64,000 bases of DNA from the NCBI GenBank assembly GCA_963733675.1, contig CAVTET010000012.1, forward strand, positions 160,001-224,000, in the 5' to 3' direction. Position numbers and translations under genes: made by a program. This document shows, piece after piece, positions 48,331-59,682 of this stretch. This DNA is from an uncultured Methanosarcinaceae archaeon (GTDB lineage Archaea > Halobacteriota > Methanosarcinia > Methanosarcinales > Methanosarcinaceae). Under the pieces are notes generated by a model that did not search any database, was not told where the DNA came from, and saw only the letters and a program-made list of their open reading frames with translations. Positions within the stretch are counted from its first letter, which is position 1. Each line of letters opens with the position of its first letter.

Positions 48331-49169
48331 TCACTCACCGAAATGATCTATAAAAATTGTGTGGAGACTAAAATTGCTCGCTTTTCAAGAATATTGTCAG
48401 AAAGCAAAGTGACATTAAATGCGATATTCTTAAAACTTTCGAAATGCGACCGTCAAGGTATGCTACTCGATACCTCAAAGAGAAGAAAGCTAATAAATAT
48501 ACTAAAATAAGGAAGTGATATCCTAGTCTCATAAAAAGTAACTCGCAAATAGACAAATCGAGTTTTGACCTTAAGAGAGAGAAATTAAAAATAATATCAA
48601 AATTTGGCTTTATATAAATAATTTCTGAATCGACAGAAGGTCATTCAATTACTGAAATTTGATGATGTATCTTCAGTATAAGCATTTAAAATTTAGTAAA
48701 TTATAGAGAACTTCGATTAACTTCTGTATTTTTGTGTATTGAAAAGTTTAGATATCTTAGCAATAATTTATATTCATAAAAAATCCGATTGATTTTGTTC
48801 TTAAAGAAAAATACAAATATTTTCAGTCAGTGGGGACAAACTTGTTGAAATTGATCCATTAATTGATTGGAAATCTTTTAGTACCGTTTTTTTAAGTCCA
48901 TATCTTTAAATAAAATAGTTTTTAGTAGCAGACCTGAAATGACGTCATATTTATGTTAAAAATGTTTTTTTTAAAGAAATTTTCTGGTCTTTCCGAATTT
49001 GAATTTGAGAAACAATGTATTAATCGAATTTTTTTCAGGAAATCTTTTGGTTTTCCTGAGTACTTACATATAAGTATACCAGTTTGGTCATTTAGAGAGA
49101 TAATTATTGATAATTGCAAAGAAAAATAAAATATGAAGACAGTTCCCAAGTCAACTTAATTGCCTTGGT

Positions 49170-49740
49170 TTTAAAAATAAAACAGGGTGATAAGTCACAC
49201 TTTGAATATTAACTTCATAGCATAATAAAAAGGGATTATTAGACGATCAGAAAATTCAAAACAACAACTGCATCACTTCATGATTCTAAGGTAGATTTAT
49301 CAGAAGGAAATGAAGTGGTTTTCAGAGATAGGGGATACTTTGGAGCAAAATCAAAAGGTTATGATAAAACAATGAGAAGAGCAGTTAATGAATATCCTCT
49401 GGAATGAGTTGTATATTAAGAAACAAGGGATCATCTAAAAAAAAGAGCTTTACGGTAAAGAGTTATGAAGTAACTAAAAAAATATCCAAACCAGGAAAAG
49501 TCCTTGTCACTATTGTTCAAAGAATGAATCTGAAGATGTTGTGTACACAGGTTTGCTATAATCTCTATCAATTGATGATATCGAAAATAAAAGGGGTATT
49601 TTGAGGATATGGAAATTTTATTTAAAATTCAAAGGATACTGAACCAGAAATGAAAAAAGTTGGTCAAATACAGAAATCTGTGAGAAAGATTTGGATAGGA
49701 TTTTTGCAGGAATAAAATTAGAGGTCAATCTGAGTCTTCA
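49170..49740 (+). mobile_element. Degraded IS5-family transposase relic (3' half)
   Basis: RKFKTTTASLHDSKVDLSEGNEVVFRDRGYFGAKSKGYDKTMRRA; paralog of 9130-9720. Confidence 0.75.
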
Positions 49741-49861
49741 ATAGTGTTTCTACGAACCATAAATTTTACTTATAAGTGTCGTATTTATATATGTTAATTT
49801 AAATTGCTAGCTATAATTTTAATAAAGCTGGGGAAGGTCTACTAAATGGGGAGGAAATCAG

Positions 49862-50905
49862 ATGATAACTAAAAAAAATTTAAAACAACAAACTTCTGAA
49901 GATACGAAAAAAGGATTAAGCGCATTCATAGGAAAAATTTCAGGAAAAGGACATCTTGAGCTTGAGATAGGCAGGCTCAACTCCCTAGTAGTGAAACTGG
50001 AACTCGATCTGCTAAATGCAAGAACCCAGCTCGAAAAGAGAGAAGCTCTTGCAAGACAGGCAGTTGCAGATAGGCAGGATGCTGAAAGCCGTTTAAAACA
50101 GGAACTGGTTAGAGTTCAAACCCTCTCCCATGAGCTCGAAACAATAAGAGCTGAGTCCCCGGAGAAGCTGGAGTTTCGTGAGATTGAAAACCTGAGCCTG
50201 CTAGCTGTTAAGGCTTACATTTCCAAACTAAGTTCCCTTCGCTCTCCTACTGATGACTTGCTTACTGTTTACATTCCTTGTGAAACTCGTCTCTCAGGCT
50301 TGTTGAGAGAAAAGGTTATTGATTTGATAGAAGAAGAGAAACGGATACTTCTAGAAAGGCTTGAACCTAAAACCGGTTTTGTTCTATTCTATGATTGTCA
50401 CCATATGATCTGCGAAGCTATAGTCCTTCCAATTCCAATTAAATCCCCCTCCTGGGAGCTTGCGGATAGATTTGCTACTTCTTTTCTTGAAGAGATTCTG
50501 AGTAAGGACTACAGCATTCTTGTTATCATCCTGCATGCAGGCGAGTCTTTCATAGGTTTTGCTCCTTATGGCCAGGTCTTTGATATCAAGGAGTTTGTCC
50601 GCAGTAGTGTGAAGGAAAAACATAGTAAGGGAGGCTTTAGCCAGCGCCGGTTCGAACGCCTCCGAGAAGAAGATATCTCTCACCACATGGACAAAGTTTT
50701 TGAAGCCCTGGATAAAGTTCTTGAAAAAAATACATTAATAGACTTTGTTATTCTGAGTGGCGATTCTCAGCTCATAAAAGAAATTCAGAAGCATCTGCCC
50801 ATCAACATTGAAACAATTGAAAAGCCTTCTGATATCAAAATCGAAAAAACAAACTGTGAGTATATTCTTAGAACATTTTTAAGTTCCAGACGTTATCTTC
50901 TGTGA
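49862..50905 (+). CDS. Vms1/ANKZF1-like (acVLRF1) release-factor-family protein with N-terminal coiled coil
   Basis: FVRSSVKEKHSKGGFSQRRFERLREE motif. Confidence 0.85.
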   Translation: MITKKNLKQQTSEDTKKGLSAFIGKISGKGHLELEIGRLNSLVVKLELDLLNARTQLEKREALARQAVADRQDAESRLKQELVRVQTLSHELETIRAESPEKLEFREIENLSLLAVKAYISKLSSLRSPTDDLLTVYIPCETRLSGLLREKVIDLIEEEKRILLERLEPKTGFVLFYDCHHMICEAIVLPIPIKSPSWELADRFATSFLEEILSKDYSILVIILHAGESFIGFAPYGQVFDIKEFVRSSVKEKHSKGGFSQRRFERLREEDISHHMDKVFEALDKVLEKNTLIDFVILSGDSQLIKEIQKHLPINIETIEKPSDIKIEKTNCEYILRTFLSSRRYLL

Positions 50906-51138
50906 AATACTAGAGATTATTTTTTTTAGGGAACAAGCGATCTTTACTTTGTTTTTATAGACAAAAAAGCTTCTGAAAAGCTGAAAGTCATATTCTACCC
51001 TAGCTGATGAGATTGGAAAATAACCGGAAATATATACTTAATATATAAATATATCTTTATTTAAATCTAGAATTCCTGAAAGCTAACAAAAGAATTTTGC
51101 ACAACCTATATCAACTTTCAGTTCAGGGAAGATCAGTA

Positions 51139-51930
51139 ATGGCGAGAGATAGAAGAGATTATTATTATCATCAAGCAAAAAAAGAAGGTTATCGGTCCAG
51201 AGCTTCTTTCAAACTTATGCAGATCAACGAAAAACACAAAATTATCAGGCATGGAGATTCGATCGTGGATTTAGGCGCAGCACCTGGCGGATGGCTGCAG
51301 GTCGCAAAGAAGTTATCTGGAGGCAAAGTCCTTGGAGTGGATCTACAAAGAATTGATCATATTGAGGGAGTAGAAACAATTCAGGGTGATATAAACATAG
51401 AATCAACAATAAAGACTATTATTCAAGCTACAGCTTTAAAAGGAGTGGACGTAGTGCTTTGTGATGCAGCCCCAAATTTGTCTGGAAACTGGTCTTATGA
51501 TCATGCAAGGTCAATTGAACTGGCGACCTCAGCTCTCGAATGTGCAAAGAGGATATTGAAACGAAAGGGAAATTTTGTTGTGAAGGTATTCCAGGGTGAC
51601 ATGTTCAACGATTACCTACAAAATGCCAGAGAAAACTTTGTTCGAACAACTGCTTATTCTCCGAAAGCTTCAAGGTCTCAAAGTGCGGAAATATACTTTA
51701 TTGGGAAGGAATTCCTTACAGCGCCACTCCACAAGGGAGATGAATTTGTTGTTGAGATCCAGAAATTGGGTTCAGGTGGAGATGGAGTCGTGCTAATTGA
51801 AAAGTTCATTGTCTTCGTAAAGGAAGTTGAGGTTGGAGAAAAGGTCAGGATTAGTATAATAGATGTCAAGCTGAACTTCGCTTTTGCAGATGTTAAAGAA
51901 AGGCTTGGTAAATTTGAAACATCTGAATAA
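51139..51930 (+). CDS. rlmE: 23S rRNA Um2552 methyltransferase with C-terminal TRAM domain
   Basis: DYYY..AKKEGYRSRASFKL, VDLGAAPGGW, VLCDAAPN, VVKVFQG, P.ASR..SAE.Y; TRAM domain GSGGDG. Confidence 0.93.
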   Translation: MARDRRDYYYHQAKKEGYRSRASFKLMQINEKHKIIRHGDSIVDLGAAPGGWLQVAKKLSGGKVLGVDLQRIDHIEGVETIQGDINIESTIKTIIQATALKGVDVVLCDAAPNLSGNWSYDHARSIELATSALECAKRILKRKGNFVVKVFQGDMFNDYLQNARENFVRTTAYSPKASRSQSAEIYFIGKEFLTAPLHKGDEFVVEIQKLGSGGDGVVLIEKFIVFVKEVEVGEKVRISIIDVKLNFAFADVKERLGKFETSE

Positions 51931-52039
51931 TTCTAATCATGAAATTCCAGTAAACACAGCTAAAATGAACGAGTAGACAAATTGAGTATGGGAAATAGTC
52001 ATATAGCATAAATTAAAATAAGTTTCAAATACGGTGATT

Positions 52040-52690
52040 ATGTTGATTGATCTTCATACTCATACAATTTTCAGCGATGGAGAATTAATCCCCAGCGAAT
52101 TGGCTCGGAGAGCAGTAATTCATGGTTATGAAGCTATTGCAATTACAGATCATGCGGATTACACCAATCTAGAACAGCTTATAGAAGCCGCAAAGAAAGC
52201 AAAATATCTCGAAAATGAGTGGGATATCCATGTTTTGGCTGGAGTTGAACTGACGCATGTACCACCAAGGAAGATTGCTCCTCTAGCAAAAAAAGCAAAA
52301 GAGCTGGGGGCGGAAATCGTGGTCGTTCACGGGGAAACTATCTCCGAACCAGTAGCATCAGGGACAAATGCGGCTTCTGCGGCCTGTGATTATGTGGATA
52401 TCCTTGCTCATCCAGGTCTTATATCGCAAGAAGATGTTCAGACTGCAGTAGAAAACAACGTTTACCTTGAGATTACTACCAGGAATAGGCATAACATAAC
52501 CAATGGACATGTTGCGAGGCTTGCCCTTGAAATTGGAGCAACTCTTGTGGTGAACACTGATACCCATGCACCTGAGAATCTTATCACCGATGAAGATGCC
52601 CTTAAAATCGCAATGGGCGCGGGGCTCACTAAATCCAGGGCAATAGAAACGTTTAAAGCTTCTGAAAAAAAGGTAGCAGAGATTATCTGA
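52040..52690 (+). CDS. PHP-domain phosphoesterase (histidinol-phosphatase-like)
   Basis: DLHTHT.FSDG, AITDH, GVELTH, VHGE, ILAHPG, NTDTH. Confidence 0.9.
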   Translation: MLIDLHTHTIFSDGELIPSELARRAVIHGYEAIAITDHADYTNLEQLIEAAKKAKYLENEWDIHVLAGVELTHVPPRKIAPLAKKAKELGAEIVVVHGETISEPVASGTNAASAACDYVDILAHPGLISQEDVQTAVENNVYLEITTRNRHNITNGHVARLALEIGATLVVNTDTHAPENLITDEDALKIAMGAGLTKSRAIETFKASEKKVAEII

Positions 52691-52730
52691 AATAATCTTT
52701 TTTATGTTTTTTCTATTTTATTCTAAAGGA

Positions 52731-53662
52731 GGTTCCGTTGCAAAAAATTCAAAAAAATATGTAAATCTATAAGTGATTAATAAAAATCAAAATATTAAAG
52801 GAAAATGGATTCCGTTGCAAAAAATCCTTTCTAATGATACAATAGAATAAAACGAAAACTAAAGATAGTAATATGCTATCTAATTCCTTTAAATGAAAGC
52901 ATTATGAAGGAGAAATTATCTTATTGAATGTAAGATGGTACTTAAAATATCCATTGAGCTATAGAAATTTAAAGGAAATGATGATAGAAAGAGGAATTCA
53001 AGTTGATCACAGTACTATAATGAGATGGGTGCATCAATATTCCCCTGAAATAGAAAAGAAGATAAGAAGACATTTAAGACCAACAAATGATTCGTGGAGA
53101 GTTGATGAAACCTATATCAAAGTAAAAGGTAAATGGAAATATTTTTACCGAGCAGTTGACTCAAATGGAGATACAATTGATTTCATGTTAAGTTCAAAAC
53201 GAGATAGAAAGGCAGCGAAGAGATTCCTTAAGAAAGCTTTAAGTTCTAATCATAATCAAATTCCAAGATTAATAACCGTTGATAAGAATCCAGCTTATCC
53301 ACCTGCTATAGATAAACTAAAAATTGATAAAATACTACCTAAAAACGTAGGCATTCGACAAATCAAGTATTTGAATAACATTATAGAACAAGATCACAGA
53401 TCTATAAAGAGAATCGTTAATCCAATGTTAGGATTTCAGTCTTTTCGATCTGCTAATAAGACTTTAAAAGGAATTGAAGCTATAAATATGATCAAAAAAG
53501 GACAAGTAATCGATTTAAATTACTCTGTTCTTAATGAAGTCAAATACATTAATCAATTATTTGGTATAGTTTTATAATGTTAGTACATTTTCCTTGAATG
53601 TTTTGATTTTTATTAATCACTTATAGATTTACATATTTTGTTGAAGTTTTTGCAACGGAACC
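52731..53662 (+). mobile_element. IS6-family element, 932-bp extended-end variant; transposase has a TGG>TGA nonsense codon near its start
   Basis: Outer IR at 52731, inner GGATTCCGTTGC at ~52807, right IR ending at 53662. ATG 52873 reads MLSNSFK-TGA; the rest of the frame is intact to 53577. Confidence 0.95.
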
Positions 53663-54327
53663 CTTATTTCTCTATCATGATGGTTGTTATGTTAATTAGT
53701 TCCAATTGTTTCACGAACTCCATATGCTCTATGAGTTCCAGGAGTTCCATAAGTCATAGATCAACAATGTTTTCTTATTACTGATGCCATTTAGGAAATC
53801 CAGAGATTTAGACCTAAAAATTGTGTATAAATGAAAATCTAAATCTAAAAAAAAGCTTTGTAAATAAAAATATTGGCTCTGTATTATGTTTCGAGATGAA
53901 GTAAAGTGATACAGGGTCAATTAAAATCTAAAAATTTTTAGAGATATTGCAATAAAAGCAAAGTTGACTTTAAGACTTTAATATATTATAGGTGTCTACA
54001 CCCACTGATTAGCATCTCCACATCCACTAGGTATTGAACCCTTACACTAACCAGTGGATTTGGAAATGCTAATAGTAATAATAACAAAAATTGCATTAAG
54101 TAAGAACTGTAACTGAATTGTAGATATGGGTTTACTGCCCATTTAATCCTACACCACGTTGCACGAAAAAGTGAAGAAGGACATTTCATTAAGATAAAAG
54201 TAAGATAAATAAAAATAAATTCTTTAATTTTTTTATTTTAATCGTTAGTGTACCAAAAGTTCTGTAATATATTATTGACTCGGTATTCTTTTTCATTCAG
54301 CACAAAAAAAAGATGTACAACCAATAG

Positions 54328-54516
54328 TTATGGTTCATCCATGCCTGATCCATTCATCATGCCTAATCCGTTCATAGTGCTTGATCCATTCATCAAACGT
54401 GATTCGTTCATGCCTAGTCCTTATCCACTTGCTACAATAGCTGTCACTGATATTAATAAGCTTACTACTATCAAAAAGATAATTATCTTATTACTATGGT
54501 TAAATTTAGTACCCAT
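54328..54516 (-). pseudogene. Small secreted Met/Gly-rich repeat peptide with an internal stop
   Basis: MGTKFNHSNKIIIFLIVVSLLISVTAIVASG*GLGMNESRLMNGSSTMNGLGMMNGSGMDEP*; upstream AGGAG RBS. Confidence 0.55.
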
Positions 54517-54629
54517 ATGAAAAACTCTCCTTAGTATTATTTAGTAATCTTTACCTATTCCATATTTATTAGAGCTTATGCCATCTTGTAGGCATTTATA
54601 TGCACTGAATAATACTTACTTCTATAATT

Positions 54630-54800
54630 CTTAAAATTAATTATAAGAAAAATAATTTCTAAATAAAAAATACTTTCACATAAAATATTTTAAAATCGGA
54701 AAACAATTTGTTATCAATTATGTTTTTATTCAGAAACTATTTTTTGGATAATTAATTTAAAAAACTAGGGGAGTAATTATACATTGTAGTTTAAAACGAA
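54630..54800. promoter_or_regulatory. Back-to-back pair of a promoter module also found at 3000-3330
   Basis: AAATTAATTATAAGAAAAATAATTTCTAAATAAAAAATAC on + and the inverted copy TTTTTATTCAGAAACTATTTTTTGGATAATTAATTT. Confidence 0.6.
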
Positions 54801-55136
54801 CAGATACAAGGTGAATGAGTGGGGAAGTATTGGTAGAAAGTATGAGTATATGGGATAATTGTAACGAATTTCGATAATTCTACAATTTCAACAAATTACA
54901 TATATAGGCTTTATAGCAACCAGCCATAAAATTGGGGTTTATTGAAATACCCCCTGAACTGCCAAGTCATCCTTACCCCGAGCTTTGAAACAATCTAATC
55001 CCGAACATTATGGAAAAGTTTTATCTGGTATATTTTCACAATCAGAAAGTGATGTTTGCTTTTGAAATAATCTCCTATTTGCATGGTTTTTAAATTCAAG
55101 ATTGAGAACGCAAAATAAAATTATGGGGGAATTTAC

Positions 55137-55637
55137 CTGAAAGCACTTGTATTTGGAGCCGATGGTTTTGAAGATACAGAACTTATTTATCCTTATCACC
55201 GTTTGAAAGAAGAAGGAATAACCACACATGTAGCTTCAATAAATAAAGGGCCTATAACAGGAAAACATGGATATGAAATCAATGCGGAAGTTGCCTTTAG
55301 AGATGTGAATCCTGCAGATTATGATATCCTAGTGATCTCTGGAGGAAAAGGACCTGAAAAAATGAGACTGGACAAAGATGCGCTTGAGATTACGAGATAC
55401 TTCTTCAAAGAAAAAAAACCGGTTGCAGCAATCTGCCACGGTCCACAGGTTTTAATCTCTGCAGGCGTCATAAAAGGTAGAAAAATCACCTGCTGGTTAG
55501 GGATAAGGGATGATATTATAGCTGCAGGAGCACTTTATGAAGACCGTGAAGTCGTTATAGATGAAAACCTGGTATCATCAAGGAGTCCAGAGGACCTGTA
55601 TGCTTTTGGAAGGGAAATGATTAAACTAGTAAAGTAA
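55137..55637 (+). CDS. pfpI: PfpI/DJ-1 family protease/deglycase; apparent CTG start
   Basis: In frame from CTG 55137: (M)KALVFGADGFEDTELIYPYHRLKEEG...ISGG...AICHGPQ...SSRSPEDL. GGGGGA RBS lies 6 nt upstream. Confidence 0.85.
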   Translation: MKALVFGADGFEDTELIYPYHRLKEEGITTHVASINKGPITGKHGYEINAEVAFRDVNPADYDILVISGGKGPEKMRLDKDALEITRYFFKEKKPVAAICHGPQVLISAGVIKGRKITCWLGIRDDIIAAGALYEDREVVIDENLVSSRSPEDLYAFGREMIKLVK

Positions 55638-56383
55638 TTCAAAGTTAGACTTTTTTAGTTCCCGGCCTTTTCTTTAATTTTTGAAAATTTAGATAAACTC
55701 CTAATTTAAACGGGTTGTTTATAGGCGATGTAGAAATCGGCTATGTGGACAAAAATCTCAAATTAGCTATCAAAATTCCTAATTACGAGTTTTGATCTAA
55801 CCGTGTGTAATTTCTTAAAGCTTGATTACTGTCGCTTTCAGAATCAACGAGTGTATACCCACATAATTACTTCTTCAAAAACCAAATGACTATATTTTTT
55901 AGTATACTCTTAAGCTTATGAGTTGTAATAATGCAAAAAATAGTAATGGAAAATTAACGTTGTGCACAGGCATAGTTTTTTTGTTATATAAACCTGGGTA
56001 TAAGTAAAAACAACAAAAACAGAAACTTTTGCCAGCATAATCATTAAATTTGTATCACGCTTTTTGCAGTGAAATAAAAAAATGATCTACAGATGATACA
56101 TCTAAATCTTGAGAAGAACTTGATATCGGTGAATTCCTTTTTATCGGGTTCCCTTAAGAAAGCCATGAGCTCTTGATCATCCCACAAGATTCTTCATAAT
56201 GCATTCTAGGATAGCAAAACTAAATCATTAATTTCACTGGCAATTGATTGAAATCAATCAAAGATCCAGAAATAATGAAAAATGTCTTATTTTTTATCAT
56301 TGATTGTTTAGAATGAGTAGAGAAAAAATTTGGAGACCAGAAAATAAAAAAAGTCTCCAGCTTACCACTGTCTATGATTGACA

Positions 56384-57583
56384 TTATGCTCGGAACCGGG
56401 ATGCTTCCTCCGAGCCACCTGTGGTATCACCTTCGGTATACGAACGGGCACCAGTCCCTGCCAGCTTTCCGTGGTCCACGATTAAATACTCTTCGCGGAT
56501 CTGGCGTCCCTCCAGCCAGCATTCCAGAATCTCTCGAGTACCTGCCGCGTATCTTGCCTGTGCTGAGAGTGATGTGCCTGAAGTATGTGGTGTCATGCCA
56601 TGATGTGGCATCGTCCGCCAAGGGTGATCCTTCGGCGCAGGCTGTGGGAACCAAACATCACCTGCATAGCCTGCCAGATGCCCGCTCTTCAGCGCCTGTG
56701 CCACAGCATCTCGGTCACATATTTTCCCACGAGCACAGTTCACAAGGTAGGTTCCCCGTTTCATCTTGCTGATAAGCAAATCGCTAAACATGTTCTCCGT
56801 CTGCGGATGCAACGGTGCATTAATCGTCACTACGTCGCACAAAGGCACCATCGACTCAACATTTGAGTGATATTCCGCATTCAACTCCTGTTCCACCTCC
56901 GCCGGCAACTGATGCCGTTCAGTGTAGTGAAGTTTAACGCCGAACGGCTTCAGTCGCCTGAGAACTGCCTCTCCAATGCGACCTGCACCGACCGTACCCA
57001 CCTGCATTCCCTCTAGGTCATACGACCGGGAAATTGCATCCGCGATGTTCCAGCCTCCACGTATTACCCATCCATAGGCTGGGATGTAGTCCCTCACCAG
57101 CGCCAGGATCATCATAACCACGTGCTCGCTTACGCTGATGCTGTTCGAGTAGGTCACTTCCGCTACCGTCAGCCCGTGCTCTCCTGCCGCCTGTAGATCA
57201 ACATGATCCGAGCCGATTCCAGCGGTAATCACCAGCTTTAGTTTACGACCTTTCTTAATTCTGTCGGCAGTTAAGTATGCAGGCCAGAAAGGCTGCGAAA
57301 TCACCACGTCTGTGTCAATAAGCTCCCTTTCGAACACACTGTCCGGCCCGTCCTTGTCAGAAGTTACCACTAAAGTATGCCCAGCTGCCTCCAGGAACTT
57401 CCGCAATCCAAGCTCGCCAGAGACGCTGCCAAGTAACTCTCCAGGCAAGAAGTCGATATCATGGGGCGTAGGTACCGTCTGACCATTGGGATACCGCTCT
57501 ATTTCCGGTATGTCTTTTCGTGCATACGACGGCGGATAGCCCGTTACCGGGTCGTCGTACAGTACACAAAGGATTTTCACCAA
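56384..57583 (-). CDS. fdh: Metal-independent NAD(P)-dependent formate dehydrogenase (Pseudomonas/Mycobacterium-type)
   Basis: K.LCVLYDDP..GYP..YAR, SQPFWPAY, AGIGSDH, NSISVSEH, GAGRIG, NCARG, GDVWFPQPAP.DHPWR, GMTPHTSGTSLSAQARYAAG. Confidence 0.93.
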   Translation of the reverse strand: MVKILCVLYDDPVTGYPPSYARKDIPEIERYPNGQTVPTPHDIDFLPGELLGSVSGELGLRKFLEAAGHTLVVTSDKDGPDSVFERELIDTDVVISQPFWPAYLTADRIKKGRKLKLVITAGIGSDHVDLQAAGEHGLTVAEVTYSNSISVSEHVVMMILALVRDYIPAYGWVIRGGWNIADAISRSYDLEGMQVGTVGAGRIGEAVLRRLKPFGVKLHYTERHQLPAEVEQELNAEYHSNVESMVPLCDVVTINAPLHPQTENMFSDLLISKMKRGTYLVNCARGKICDRDAVAQALKSGHLAGYAGDVWFPQPAPKDHPWRTMPHHGMTPHTSGTSLSAQARYAAGTREILECWLEGRQIREEYLIVDHGKLAGTGARSYTEGDTTGGSEEASRFRA

Positions 57584-59682
57584 AAGAAATCACTCCTTCT
57601 CTGCCACAATGACGAGTAAGAGCGATCGAAAAACGTTCCATAACTGAAAGTTGATACACTCAGGGATGTTTGATCAATTTGTGTAGATTTCATCTTTTTG
57701 TCTCCTGTTATGTAACCATTCAGCTTAAAGAATACAGCATCAATAACCATCTTTTATCAAAATTTTCTTGACAAATTTCAATGAATCCGTTTTTGTAACT
57801 GCTGGATATTGACTATGTTTTTTGTACATTAATAAACAATTTTGGATGTATACTATATCAAAATTGATATCAATTAATTGTTTTCAATAGGCTGAACGGT
57901 TATGTTTGGTTTATGTTCCATTCCCTGTGAGCGCCTATTTATAATTTAGGAGTTGCACATTCTATAATCAAATTAAAGAATAGCAAAGCCTAGTGGAAAT
58001 ATAAATTTAGGAGTTCGATAAATATCTAGTCATGTCAGTGATTGATTGAAAATCTTATGAATAAAATTATTTCTATAGAACTTATGACAAACCTAGTATT
58101 CTTCAAACAACGGGCACAAGATATGAAAGTACTTGAAAGTGCTTTCATACCAAAGTTTGGGTATATTAATCTTTTATAAGATTAATAATTGACAAACAAT
58201 ACTCTTTTATTTAAAACTTTAGAATGATGTACAAATAAATATCTATATATTGTTTAGATAGTATATGTTTAGGTCATCGACTAATACAAGATGGTGGTTT
58301 CAAGATGAAATCTCCAATGCTACTTTGATTGTGTTTCGATACTTTTGCCACACTACAGCACTACAAATGCCATCTAAACGAAGAAAGGCCATGTATAAAT
58401 ACTTTGAAATAAAAATCTCTAGTAATTTAAATTAGAAGATCTGATATTTTTTAATTATTTGTTTGTTGGATATCTGATTCCAATAATAATATAATATTAC
58501 CATAACTTCCAATTGAATATAAATCTCGTCGGTTTCTTTGTTTATCTTCTCAAAAAAATTATTTTCCCTTCTTAGTAATAGTCTAAATAATTTATTTAAT
58601 TTTTAATGTTATTTAGCCAACTCTATGAATATATACATAAAGTCTAAGAATCAATCAATACCTTATGAGAACTTCCTCTGGAGAGACTAGGGGAATTACA
58701 CTACGGTTCAATAACAGTATATATTTAATATACATAAATTTTGTGACAAAATCTCTGTATTTCTACCGTTTTAGATCTGATCTGTCTTTCTTTTCTATAC
58801 TTTTATGTTTGTGAGTGAGTGTAGGGTTAATAGTGCAGTAATGTAATTGGCCGTTGATGTTAAGAATATACATTTACTTTACTTTAAAAACAAGGCATCA
58901 GTGAGAACAATAGACACAAGAACGTTATCAATAGAACTATTGGTACTATATCCTACTTTTTTGAAAACCCAATTCATTTAGTGACTATCTAATCGATTTT
59001 TTAGTGATTAATTAGACTTCCTATTGTCATCGAACGAGAACACTATCCAGCGCCTTATTAGCCTACTCCATGCTATATTTACTACACTTTACTACAGAGC
59101 ATAAACGTCTTCGTAAAATGAAACAATACTTGTTTGGAGATAGACACTATTAAAAACAAAGAAACAAATGAATCAAAAAACATTCTGTAATAAAATCATT
59201 ATTTATATAAAAATGAAATCGAGAAATTCAAACGTGCTGTGGAACACTGAACAACTGCAGGTTGTGATTTTGTATAGAAAAGATAATATTATACTTCAAG
59301 GAAAATACTATACAAAAATCTATCAATTCGGAGAACTATTACTGTTTTGAGACAGCCAATACGCTGCCCAGACCCCTAAATTTTGCAGCCCCTACTCATA
59401 GTTTTAAGTAACTACCCACGATTATACTACAATTGTTAATTAATAGTAATTTTAAGTGCTTTTACTCCAAGGTCTCCTTCTCTAAAATGTATAAATATAT
59501 AAATATCGTATGTACATGCTTCCCTGGTGTCTAACATTGACCTCACACTTCTCTGAATCATTAGTAAAGTGAAAAAGCCATGCAAAGAATATATTTTGAT
59601 AATAACGCAATCACTAAGGTCGGTAAGGAAGTTCTGGATGCTATGTTTCCATTCTTTTCTGACAATTACGGAAATCCATTTT

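Noticed and set aside
52873-52900. In-frame TGA in the IS6 transposase as recoding (Sec or Trp)
   Set aside because: The other two copies have TGG and TGA terminates many genes here, so this is a simple nonsense mutation.
56374-56866. Several overlapping ORFs within the FDH region
   Set aside because: Expected from high GC content (few stop codons); no recognisable motifs.
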